Shown here: positions 24,236-35,840 of the stretch, piece after piece
How positions within the stretch are numbered: position 1 is the stretch's first letter
Layout of the letters: each line of letters opens with the position of its first letter
Assembly: GCA_011109175.1 (NCBI GenBank)
Contig: RDEW01000020.1
Span: forward strand, 490,514 to 554,513
Origin: Dicyema japonicum
Lineage: Eukaryota > Animalia > Dicyemida
Direction of reading: 5' to 3'
Length of the DNA stretch: 64,000 nt
Notes under the pieces: model-generated
What the model saw: the letters and a program-made list of their open reading frames with translations, nothing else
The model's database searches: none
What the model was told of the DNA's origin: nothing
Made by a program: the position numbers and the translations under genes

Positions 24236-27200
24236 TTGAACTCGCGATTATGAGAGGTAACTACCATTATGTTCTCAATGCCTGAGGGCCATAATAAAGA
24301 CTTTTCAAACTTTTCAAAAACAACTTTAATTTATGTTAATACAGCAACTCGTGTGTTTTCTTGAACCGGTGGAGCCATCCATTTGATGCCTTAAATGATT
24401 CATAATTTATTTTTGTAAAATTTTTTTGCAATGAGTTTAAAATATAGTTCCTGAAGTTGAAAGGAATTCATCTCTCAAATGTAGAAAAGTTTCAAAAACT
24501 AATCTATCTAGTGTAGACGATTTATCTTGTGTAGAAGATTGATTATTTGGATCGCATGATTCCTTGTTGATCGCATTTAGTTAATCCCACGTCAAAAAAA
24601 TAAACCAAATTTTGTTTAATGCGAGAAATAGTACCTGTAATTAATAATTATTTATAAAGATACCTTTGATCGTTTTATACTTTTTAGCTAGATCTCTTTC
24701 TGAAAATTGACCATGTTTTATATTTTTAGAATTTTAATTTTTGTTTCATAATTATCTTTGAATTCTTTTTACGAACCATACAATAATAAAAATAAACACG
24801 TGAAATAATAGTACTATTTAATAATTAATAAAATAACATTTTGTAATTAAATAAATTAAATATGTGCCCCAAACCGGGGTCATCAAAAATAAATAATATG
24901 TCACAGACGCTACGCGTTACATAATGCTCAAATTTTCAATTTCAAGCATTTTTTATAAAACTTTACACATGTTTTTTTTATTTATTTATTTATTTTTTTT
25001 TATTTTTTTTATTTTTTTTTTAACAATTAAACAAATATCAGTTGAGGAAGCCTGCTGCGTGGATTGCGAACGAGTTCCCTCGGAGTATGGCTATTCCAAT
25101 CTTTTGTCTTAGCCATAGCCCTTCTCGTTGATCCCTTTTCTTTCTGGCAAGCAATCCTCCGAGTTCTTGCAAGAATTCAGCCGTCATTGGACCAACGGCT
25201 CCCGATGATTCGGTCGCAACAGGAGTAAATCGGTAGCGATCCCCGAGGCAAGAATATTTCTTGATTTTTAGGTTTTCCGCGGTCGAAGCAGCTGCTCCAG
25301 GTGTCTGAACAGATTTAAAAATGTTCGTGCTTGAGAACGTGTCTATGCAAGTTGCGTCCCAGACCAAAGATCTTCCAGACGTGAAGGGGAAAAGGGTCAT
25401 CCCGTCAGGTCTCTTCCCATCTCCTCGATCAAGACCCACTGGTTCAAGCTGTGCTGGGAAGCCTGAAGCCTTCAGAGCTCTGACGATCACATCATTCAGA
25501 GCAGCATGACGTGGTCCCCTTCCGGCGCTTCTTCTGCAGGACAGCGGGTGCAATCCTTTCACATCGACTGTTTTCCCGCATCGGCATCGGTGCTCCTGGC
25601 AAACGTCTAGTCCCAGCCTTTGTCCGATTCCAATCCTCAAAGAATCGTCGTCCAAAAAGGTCCCGAGGTTTGGGCAAGGTATTGCACCAAGCCATGCTCC
25701 ACTCCCTCGACTTGAAGCTGACACCAAACAAGCCAGACGATGTTGATTTGCTTCTTTTTAAGAGACAATGTCAGCCCAATTTCTTTGCTTCGTTGTGTCT
25801 TCTGGGATTTTGAGTCCGGACCCGTTCCATTTCCGACAAGCTTCGTCAAATGACTCATTCCAGCAAAGTCCAATTGTGTTATGAAGGACTTGCCGTGTCA
25901 AATGCTGCAGCTTGAGAGAGATGATAGGTATGCCGGGTACGCAACCTCCAGCGCCGATCTCATTCCGACACCCCCAAATCCAGAGGGAAGCTTGCATTGT
26001 TTCCAACCAAGTTCGTCGAAGCGGACGTTAATTATTGACTCGACTGTTTGCTTGAGAGACTTGTCTATCGAAAGTAGAATGTCATATTGTTCGTAGCAGG
26101 GTGAACATCGGAGTAGATATAAAAGCTTGGGTAGTCCGATGTTGTTTCTCATCAGAAGAAAGATGTGTGAGAGTCGAGACATTACAATCTTTTCGCAAGG
26201 CGTGTTAATTCTTCATTTTTGGAAAGTAGATGGTTCTTGAGTTCTTCTTCGCTGAGTGGGCATCCGAGGAAATATAATTTATCAACTGGCACAGTCGGGA
26301 TCCCAGGAAGCAGTTCGTTAAAAGACTCCTTGATAGAGAGGAAGTCGGTGTATGGATATGAGACATTTATTAGCTCTGATTTGTTAACATTGATGTCCAA
26401 GCCCAAATGTTTTAAAGCGGGTAACGCTTTACGTAATGAATTGTATGTTTCTTTGAACGATCCTCCAATTGTGGCATCATCGAGGTACCAGAGATTTAGC
26501 TGAGCATCAATTGAGCTCACAACCTCATCAATGGTCAAGGCAAATAATAGAGGTCCGAGCGGATCTCCTTGTTGTACACCCGTTTTTGATTTAATAATTT
26601 CATTTTCAAAAACCAAAGACGTATCTTCCCATAGGATAGATTGACAAGAGGGTAAAGCTTTGGAGCCCTATTCCAACACGTTTTCATAATTTCGTCTCTT
26701 CTGAGAGAATTAAAGGCATTCGTTATGTCCAACTTGATTCCAATGCATTCATTTGAAATATTTTTCTGTGTGAAGAAACGCCTTGCTGCATGAACCGCAA
26801 CCTCACATCCGTTCTGGATACTAACACCCATTTGTTTAGGAAAGAACTCCTCTCCGAGTTGTCGGCTCACCATGGTCGATGCTACTTTTGCTGCAAGTCT
26901 TCTAAAATAGTTCCCGACCGCAATGGGGCGGATTCCTCCGTTGGGTTTTTTGAAAGCAAGTAGCCTTGCAGAGAAGAGCAATTCTCTGGCATATTTTGGG
27001 ATGTCGCCGTTAACCATTTTTCTGATTAGGTCCGTAATTGATTTGACAAGACACCGTCCAGCTTCCGAGGTGTAAGTGGACGTAAGGTCCTTAATATGGC
27101 CAGGACGTAACCCTTCCAAGCCTCCACCGCTGCTAGCCGCGAAGGAAGTTATTCCGTGGCGCACTTCGGATTCAGTAATGATTATCTCCTGGGTTCCTTC

Positions 27201-28960
27201 AGGATTCAAAAACTTTTCATAGTCAGTCGGTGCATCTGGATGCTTTAGTATTAAGGTATTTAGGACCTCGGGGGTACAAGACAATACTGTGTCATCGGAT
27301 GTGATAACTCGTAAGGCTGCCCGCACGTCGCCTTCCAGAAGTTTCCGGTTTACTCTCTCCTTTAGTTTGTTGGGGGCATCTTTGATGAATGCTCCTCTGG
27401 TTTCGACCTCATTGACATTAAGTGGATGTTCAAGTATTGCGTGTAGTTATGGACAGCTAAAATTCATTATGTTTCGTTTCAGTTTCCCGGATAAGTTGAG
27501 TCGGGAGTTTGTTTCTTTATTATTGTACTCAGATTCCTTTGTAGGTATTCCGAGTGCGACAGGTGCAAAGCATATAAGTTTTAGCCAGGATTCCCAACTG
27601 TCAGAGGATAGTGCGTGATCAATGGCATCTGAAAGACACGTTGCTGCGGCAATTCGTACTCCTTTAGGGATTTTTACTGGGATCTTCATGGCTTTCCTGA
27701 GGTTCGAGATCTTCAAGAGAGTATGGTCTGTATGTGGCAGTGTAAAGTTTGACTGAGTTATTTTTTCCCGCCTGGGGGCCTCCATTCCAATACAAGAGGG
27801 GCACAGCCAACTCGACAGCTTCTCGGCGCAAGCTTTACTCATTTTTATGCAGCCCAGATGGGCGAATGATTCACATTGTGTGCAGTTAATCCCATATTTC
27901 CTGATGTTCGATTGTCCACATAAAAAACATACCTGATTTGTCCGTACTGGATTTGTTCCTCGTACTTTGTCTTCTTTTCATTCTTTAATTTCCATGAGAT
28001 TTTTGTTGGCCACACCACACCACCTAAATATTTTTATTTATTATATTTAAAATTAAAAAAATTCTAATTTAAATATTTTTGGAAGGCGCAACAGTTTTTA
28101 AATTTTAAATAGCATAATACAGGCGTGTTTTATAAACTTAAGTTGATGGCTTCATTTTTTGTTAAAACAACCCAAGAATAAATTGATATAATGAAAATAA
28201 TGGAAGAGAAGGAGATCGTCGATCTAATGACAAGACAAAAAATACCGATTAACTTAAAAGTCAAAGAATTTTTTATCTATCAATCGGAGGTTATACCTTA
28301 AAGACACAAACGGAAACCACAAAATTGTCAATTTCTCTAATAATTAGCGGCCTCGCAAATTCATCAATTGACCTATTATGGACAAAGATATTTTTTCGTG
28401 AAAAGAGAAATTATTCGGAAAGTGGTGTCAGAATGTGATATTCCATGTAGGAGCATTATGTGACTGCTTCAACCTCTAACAAATTCATAATAGGCCTAAC
28501 AATCCAAGGAGTCAAAGGATCATCAAACGCTTCAATCAGACAATCACATGATCATTATCTAAGATGATGTCCGAGGATAAGTGTTGGACTAAAAACATAA
28601 AGGAAGCAGTTGGAGTGGAATTATGTATGGCGTGGACGTGACGTTACTGGTAATTGATTCAATGCACGACAATACAACGAGCGAAAATTCGACCAACTCG
28701 CACATATTGACGGGATCTAACGTTCGACATTGGAGTGTATCTCCAACTACCGGCTTAAGGAATACTCATAGAAGCTGGCAGTCAGATTCGGAAAGCTTGA
28801 AATCACAGCTTTATAGACATTTCTCTCCCTGTATATCTCTCGTCTCTAATGGCCTGTAGCACCCTTGTCAAGAGGATTCTACACTCCTTCTTGAATTCTC
28901 TCCATACCAGGACGTCGTTCATGCTAATGAGGCCTGGTGCCGTACCTATTAGTTTTCCCA
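24236..28960. repeat. Duplicated unit, copy 2, interrupted by a CRE-like insertion
   Basis: Matches 17667-19327 on both sides of 24987-28030. Confidence 0.9.
24987..28030 (-). mobile_element. Full-length CRE-like non-LTR retrotransposon (PHD, RT, zinc finger, RLE) with a few frameshifts
   Basis: C4HC3 PHD at about 27790-27930; RPIAVG, QQGDPLGP, YLDD; CRCG..HPLSC, RH, RPDG, WDATC; A-rich tail; approximate TSD TTTTTATTTATT; the empty site is visible at about 18407-18422. Confidence 0.93.
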
Positions 28961-29099
28961 ACCTTCCATGATCATTACAAAGATGAATAATTTTTACATG
29001 ATCTTAATTTTAAATTAATAAAAAAATACGTTTTTCCCAATATCTTTTTAAGAAGCGTTTGCAGCTCTGGGAAATTCCCAATCAACCTCATTCAAAAAT

Positions 29100-31690
29100 C
29101 GGCCAGATTATTCTCGTAGTCCATCCAAAGTGCACCCCGCCGACATTATCGACGTTGCGTTGCCTCTCACGATTGCAACATAGATCAACTGGAGTAGCCA
29201 CCGGGTCTCACTTGTGTCGTGGCTTTTTAGTGTAACTAAGCGTCCAAGTTTCTTTAGGAAGCGAAGCGATTTTCCACTTATTCCTCCAGTTGTCTCGACC
29301 ACTATCGGATAAAACGCGAATCGGTCGCGTAGCGCTTCGTATTTCTTCTCCTTTGCCTCATCGTTTTTTCCGCGGAATACAGTGTGTCTACCGCGCTCCC
29401 GACAATGTTGGACGGGCAAAGCGTGTCGACACAAGTAGCGTCCCAGACCAAAGGTTTCCCCTCTTCAAATGGGAAAATTGTGATCCCGTCGGGACGTTTT
29501 CCGTCTCCTCTGTCCAGGCCAACAGGTTCTAGTATGGCTGGGTATCCCGCAGACTCCAGGGCTCGCTTGACAATTCCGTTGATCGCCTTGTGTCTTGGGA
29601 ATCGTCCTGCACTTCTCCGACAGGAGAGGGCATGGTGTCCATAACAATCGACGGTGGCGCCACACCGGCATTTGTGAGTCCGGCAAATCTCCAGTCCAAG
29701 TCTGGTGGAGATGCCGATGCGGACAGTATTGTCGTCAAGGTGGGTCCCGACACTACCAACGGGGAGTGCATTGATCCATGCGCCACTCGATTCGCATCTT
29801 CCAGTGACTAGACAGGCACGTCTGTGTTGGTTTGATTGGTTCAGAAGCCTCTCATATTTATCCTCGCAGATGGTCCTGTAACGGTCTTTCTGCTCAGGCA
29901 TCATCCCCTTCAAATGCTCCATCTCTGTGATTTCAGATGATTCTGTTTGGAGTTGGAGAATCATCCTGATCAGCAGTCGGCTGGAGCCCAAAGAGGATAG
30001 ATACGCAGGGCAAGCCAGATCTTTCGGTGAAGGGATTCCCAGTCCGCCCAGGCTAACGGGTAGGGTCGCTTGGTCCCACCCTTGGTCGTCAAATTTCACA
30101 TTTGTAATACGTTCAATAGTACTCCGGAAGAGGGAATCGATAGCATCGAGCTGTTGCATTTTCAGGTAGCAGGGTGCCCCCGAAGAACGTAGTTCAGTTT
30201 CTGTGCTTATAAGGCGTTTCTCAGGAGTAATAAGGAGGTGTGTGCGTCCAGCATCTCCAGACGTCTGAATGTTTTTTTTAGTTGATGTTCTTTTGTTCCT
30301 AGAGTGTTACTGATTCCAGCATCAGTAAGAGGGCATCCAAGTATTTCCAGTTGTTCTGATTTGGTTTCTATTGCTTTCGGAATGATCTCTCAGAACATAC
30401 CAAGGATCAGATCCCATTCAGACTGTGGAAATCCAAAATTGGTTACTTCACACTTATTGGTGTTTAGAGTTAGGCATAGGGATTCCAATTGTACTATCAG
30501 ACTTTTCAAACAATCTAGTACATCCTTCGGATGGCCGCCCAGGAGTGAAAAATAATTTAATCATTGGCAAGTTATCCTTGAAATTATTAAAAATTCTATC
30601 AAATTCTTCAATTAGATCGCGAATAACGTGAGTATATTTCTTAAGTATATTTAACACGCTTTTAAGACATTAAAAATATTATTAATCTTTATTTAACAAA
30701 CAATAAAAAAGTTAATATATTTATTAATCAACAAACCTTCCTCGCCTGCCAGCCTACTCAGGCAGGTTCGATTCTAATTGCTGAGACAACTCCGAGAGCG
30801 CATTGTCAAATTGAACCCTCTGCCCATATTGCATCTCAGGGCTCTGCCTCCTATACTCCAGTGTCAAAGCTCTCTAGGGTCCGCTTTAACACAGTGGACT
30901 ATAGATAAGTCTGGAGCTTCCTACCTACCCCCAACTGCTTCAGATAACGACGGAAGACCATTCCGACTGCAATAGGGCGTATTCCACCTCCCTTCTTGTC
31001 GAATGCGATTAACTTTGCGGAGAACATTACGTGTCGAATTGTTTCTGGTAGTGTCCCTGATAGCATCCTGTTCATTAGTTTGGTGATAGCCAACACGAGC
31101 CGGACCCCAAAGTTGCCCATGTTATGAGCAATGAGATCTTTGACTCGGACGGAGCCCATCTAGTCCTCCACTGCTACTCGGGACGAAAGAGAGGATCCCA
31201 TCGTTTATGTCCTCTTCAGAGAAAAGTAGATTGGGTAATTGTCCTGGGCAAGGGGGAACCCGGTGGTCGTTGGGAGACTTGGGTGTCGCACAACAAGTGA
31301 TGCGTAGGACTGTTCAGACGGCTCAATTATACATTGTTGATCTGCAAGGATCCTCACCGCAGCACGGATACCACCTTCCGAAAGTTTTCGACGGATCGCG
31401 CTTCTTAATCTCTGAGTGTTCGAGATAGTCTATGTATTATCTGGTAGGAGACAAGATCGACAGTGCCAATCGGGAATGGCAGCCAGGGCTCTTTTAGTCA
31501 TTCCGGCACAGGACATGTGGAAGCCATACGAACATGCTGTGCAATGGATCATCCGCTTTCTTTTGTTTATTATGTTGAACTTTGTGCAGATCTCATCTTC
31601 TTTTTCAGTTTTCTGCATGTTCTTTTCTGATTTTCCTTTCTTATTCTCTTCTTTTAGCAACACAACGACAACAGACGACACAACGTGCAG
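29100..31690 (-). mobile_element. Second CRE-like family member, rearranged and interrupted
   Basis: PHD at about 31450-31590, RPIAVG at about 30970, RLE at 29108-30159. It is interrupted by a hAT-like fragment (30550-30720) and an R4-like 3' fragment (30760-30948). Confidence 0.88.
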
Positions 31691-31730
31691 TTCCTAAAAT
31701 TTCATCAAAGGTAAACAATCAGACTGGGAC

Positions 31731-31990
31731 TTATTATTATTGTTATAAAGCACTCCCGAGAAAACATAAATTAGTTAAGTTTCCCTTGTGCCGTATTCCA
31801 AATCATCCTCTCCGTCAGCTTCGACCATGATCCTCTGTTGCGCGCTAGTTCTCTTAGGTAGTCAGGTCGTCTCCTGAAGTTAGTCTCATACCAACAGCCG
31901 ATAGGTCCATTCAAGATAGCCATAGGTGTCGTTCATAGCCTTCCTGTATGAAAGAAGTAGTTGACCATTGCGACATTTGCGGGGACCTGA
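31731..31990 (-). mobile_element. RTE 3' end with (TAA)n tail
   Basis: LRELARNRGSWSKLTERMIWNTAQG, then a GCAC..GTGC 3' UTR. A partial copy is at 5666-5740. Confidence 0.75.
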
Positions 31991-32273
31991 TCAGACTGGG
32001 AGTACGACAAAGATTATAAACATTTCTGTTGCTAGGAATCAAAGGTTGAAGAGATTCTAAATATAATCGTGGACTTGTCAATGTACCCATGCCAATGCAA
32101 AATATTTAATAGTTTCTAGAGGAACTAAGTTGGATCTGTTCGCTCAAATGTAGGCAGTTTTCTCCGCCCACATGAAAACATGTCACCAACTCAATCTCAA
32201 TTAAATACTTAATTAATTATAAAAATTTAATGAACAAATTATTTAAATATTTTAAACTTATGCCAAATTCCAC

Positions 32274-33718
32274 ATGGCTAATAAACTTCTAGGCAAGCAC
32301 CTGGAGAAGGCAAAGTCTGCCATAGCCATAAAGGTGTTCCGATTCTAATAAATTTAAGGTCAATTCTTACAAGTACACGGGGGCGGTATATGAGGCACTG
32401 AAAAAATTCGGACAAATTGAGAAAATGGTGGAGATTGTTGGCATGAGTGATATACCAGTTTGTTGTTTAAATATAACAGACTCGTTATCTCTACGCTCAG
32501 TTCTCGTCCCCCGATTCAGTCACGGAATTGTTTAGATCCACGAGATCCTCGATGCACTACAATGATTTCGTTGTCCTACCTTCGCGGATTCTATCATTTA
32601 ATCCGTCCAGAAAGTCGGGGATCCTCTCTTCGTCTTTATTCTGTGATATCTACATGATCGAAAAGCAGAGTATGTGGCTTCCAAAAAGAACGAAGGTATC
32701 CCTTGTTTTTATGTGGTAGTTGAGTGACCAGATGACTTATTTCTATGACAAATCACGTCTCACGGAATTCGAATTCGATCTCCGTGCTTTTATTTGCCAG
32801 CAACTCGATGACATTTTTTCCGAGCTGATAGACTGCCGTTTTGTCCCCTTTACTGGCATCTCATGGAAGTGACCTTGACATCGAACTGCAGTGCTCAAGA
32901 ACCTGCAAGTTGCCGGAAACAAAAGATAAATTAAACCTTGAGGTCTCGACCATCGACTCTGAGAGTATCCATGGAAAGAGACAGATTCTCAGCAGAGTGG
33001 CCAATTTGATACAGAATTCAGGGTTTTCCCGTACGTTGGAGATCCTAAATGCCAGAGTACCCATTATCCGCTTCAATTCTGATCTCTGTGGGATTTGCTG
33101 TGACCTCAGTGTAGGAAATTGGTAGTCAGTTGGCTTACTTTAGTGTGAGGAAGATAAATTTGTCTTCCCTTTTGCAGTTCTACTCTGTGATTGTCCCTGG
33201 ATTCCCCATCCTCGTGTGTACCCTGAGGAATTGGGCTAAGTTTAAAAAAGTCGTTGTCCCGTCTCCCTCTTTTAGTTTGACCAACTTTGGATTGACTCAA
33301 TTGATTTTGTTTTATTTGATGATGGCACGTGGTGTTCCCCCGTTGTCGAAGGTGATGGATTCAAACGGTCCTCTGGTTATGTTACTTGTAGATAATTTCA
33401 TTTCTCCTAAAGAGTTTGTTGACTTGAAATTAGGTTGGTGGGTCATTTGAGACCTTAGGTGACACTCTCATGGGGTTTTTTGACTTTTACGCCAATTTTA
33501 ACTTTAACAAGAAAAAGCTTGACTTGGTGACGGGGAGGGATGTCGCCTTTATCAGTGGGTACTCCGTTTTCTTGCAGCACCCATTAGAGACGGTTGAAAC
33601 GAACGTTACTAGGAACGTAAAGGAATATCAGCTGGCCTTTTTCAAAAAGGCTTGCAGAACGGCTTACACTGATCTTCATAATAAATCTGGATCTCTTAAT
33701 TTATTGTTCGCTAAATGA
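32274..33718 (+). CDS. MTPAP: Mitochondrial poly(A) polymerase / TUTase family protein with tiny introns; apparent frameshifting deletion at the GS motif
   Basis: N-terminal RL-like domain (YEALKKFGQIEK), LSDQMT..LRAFICQQLDD, SDLDI, ARVPIIRF..CDLS, LTNFGLTQLILFYL, FFDFYANFNF, QHPLE..NVTRNV; introns such as 32334-32358 (25 nt). The start is approximate. Confidence 0.75.
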
Positions 33719-34269
33719 ATATGTTTTGAACTGTGAATTGTTTTTGATTTGTTTGGGGTTGGTTAGTTCTAATGGGAGTGCCGCATGACTGGGGGTTTGA
33801 ACACACTTGCCTTCTCCAGTACAAATTGAGATTTATATTCATGTACTTTAGTAACATTTGTAGAAAAGAAAGGACTCTGTCATGGGTCTGAACGTCATCC
33901 AAAATTTGTGGATAACAACACTTTAAGAAACAAAGTTTCAAAAGGCAAGGGAATATTTCAAATATTACTACACTTGGATATCAAGATCACTCATCAAGGT
34001 ATGGTTACTAATATTGGTGGCAAAAATGATGTTGTGTAATACTTCAATAGTGGTCGTAATACAATAGAGTGTTTTCAAAATTGAGAAGTGAGCTACATCA
34101 ATCCGAGAAATTTTAACATTATTGCGAGAATCTGTCACATTTAACATCTAGGCTAGAATTGATCACATTTATCCGCCATGTGACCACGTCGCTTCATATA
34201 TTGTATATTTTGACAGTTATCGCTAACTTGTGTATTTTGCAAATGTTTGAGAATCTTACAAATGTAAAT

Positions 34270-35365
34270 AGACAATGGAAAAATATCGATTTGACGTCCT
34301 TATATTACAAGAATCCAAACTCAGAAGTGCGAACACAACTCCAAAATTTCCTGGATACTCAGTTATCCACAGAGATAGATGTGGAAACTTGGGGTAGGCT
34401 TACTACTATCATACGAAACGGGATCCCTTTGAAGATATCACCAAATACGTCTACAACCGCCTCCATAACCATGAAAGTATCCAAATTCTGGCCACAAAAA
34501 TCCAACTCCCAAGAAGTATTTTACTTTGATCAATTCACATCTACCTCCTTCATCATCAGTTACTTGCCCGAAACTTTCGTCAATCAGCTCACTAAGAAAC
34601 GTTCTTCTTTGCGTTACCTAATTACAAAACACCCGCTCTGGCTGAGAAGTCAGACGTCAAACATGCGGGGAGACATGCTAATCGAAGACTTTGGAACCTT
34701 TTGCATCCTAAACGACCCTAACTTTCACACAAGAACCCTCTCAAGACAAAATGATTCACAATCTCAATAAATATGAATATTATTCCGGATGTCTGAAAGA
34801 GATCTTACATCAAACCAATCTTGAAGTCTGGAAAATCCGAAAATGACCCTTTTTCCAACAGACCAACCTCGATCCTATGTTCACTTTCCCGAATACTCGA
34901 AAGATTAGTTCTTGAAAATATTAAAAAATAATCCTCCTCTCTCCTTTCCAACATGGATTCCGGGCTAAACACTCCACTGCAACATGCCTAACGTCCTGTG
35001 CCAGTTCATTGCGAAGGGATTCAATTCCTCTAAACCACACCAACGTACAGTCTTGGTCTCTGTTGATATAACAAAGGCTTTCGACACAGTCTCAAGAAAC
35101 TCCTTACTGAGAAAATTTACGATATATGCATCCACCCAAACATAAAACTATAGATTACCAACTTCTTAAATGGGAGACGTGGACAAGTGATTTGCAACAA
35201 CATAAAGTCAAAATCGCGTCTCATACCAAACGGAGTTCCTAAAGGATCCCCACTATCGCCAGCCTTTTTCAATCTCTACATAAACGACATGCCACAAACC
35301 TGTAATGAAAACTGCCTAATTTTCTTCTATGCCGACGATATCATTCTTGCCTCCAAGGACTAAAG
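34270..35365 (+). mobile_element. Ingi/Vingi-like APE and RT fragments
   Basis: ILNDPNFHTR, NGVPKGSPLSP, YADD; close relative of 15416-16750. Confidence 0.85.
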
Positions 35366-35840
35366 CATTTAATCCAATAGAAAATATGTTTTCAAAAGTT
35401 AACAAAAGTAAAGGATCTAAAACCTACTAATGAGAAATTATTTTATTTGCAATTGAAGGGGATCTCCAAACAATTAGAAGTGTTTACTGTGAATTTTTTT
35501 TTCATGAAATCAGTAAATCAATTCATTATTTTTTTAAATTATTGTTTTGGTTCCTTTTTTTGAAAATTTCTCGGATATCAAATTTATTATTTTATTAAAT
35601 TACGGTTTTGGTTATTTTTTTGAAAATTTCTCGGATTCCCATAGTGATGTGAAGGTGTTATCACTTGGACTTGAAAACTCTGTATATCAGTGACAAAATA
35701 GTTCCAAAAACCAAGATAAAGTTTTCTCCAAATCGATGTCGGACTGTACCTCGATAATCATTTAAACTCTATTTTTGAAAAAAACACAGTTCATTTTTTT
35801 TAATATTTGATTTTTGAAAAAAAAGAAAAAAGTCTTTTAG

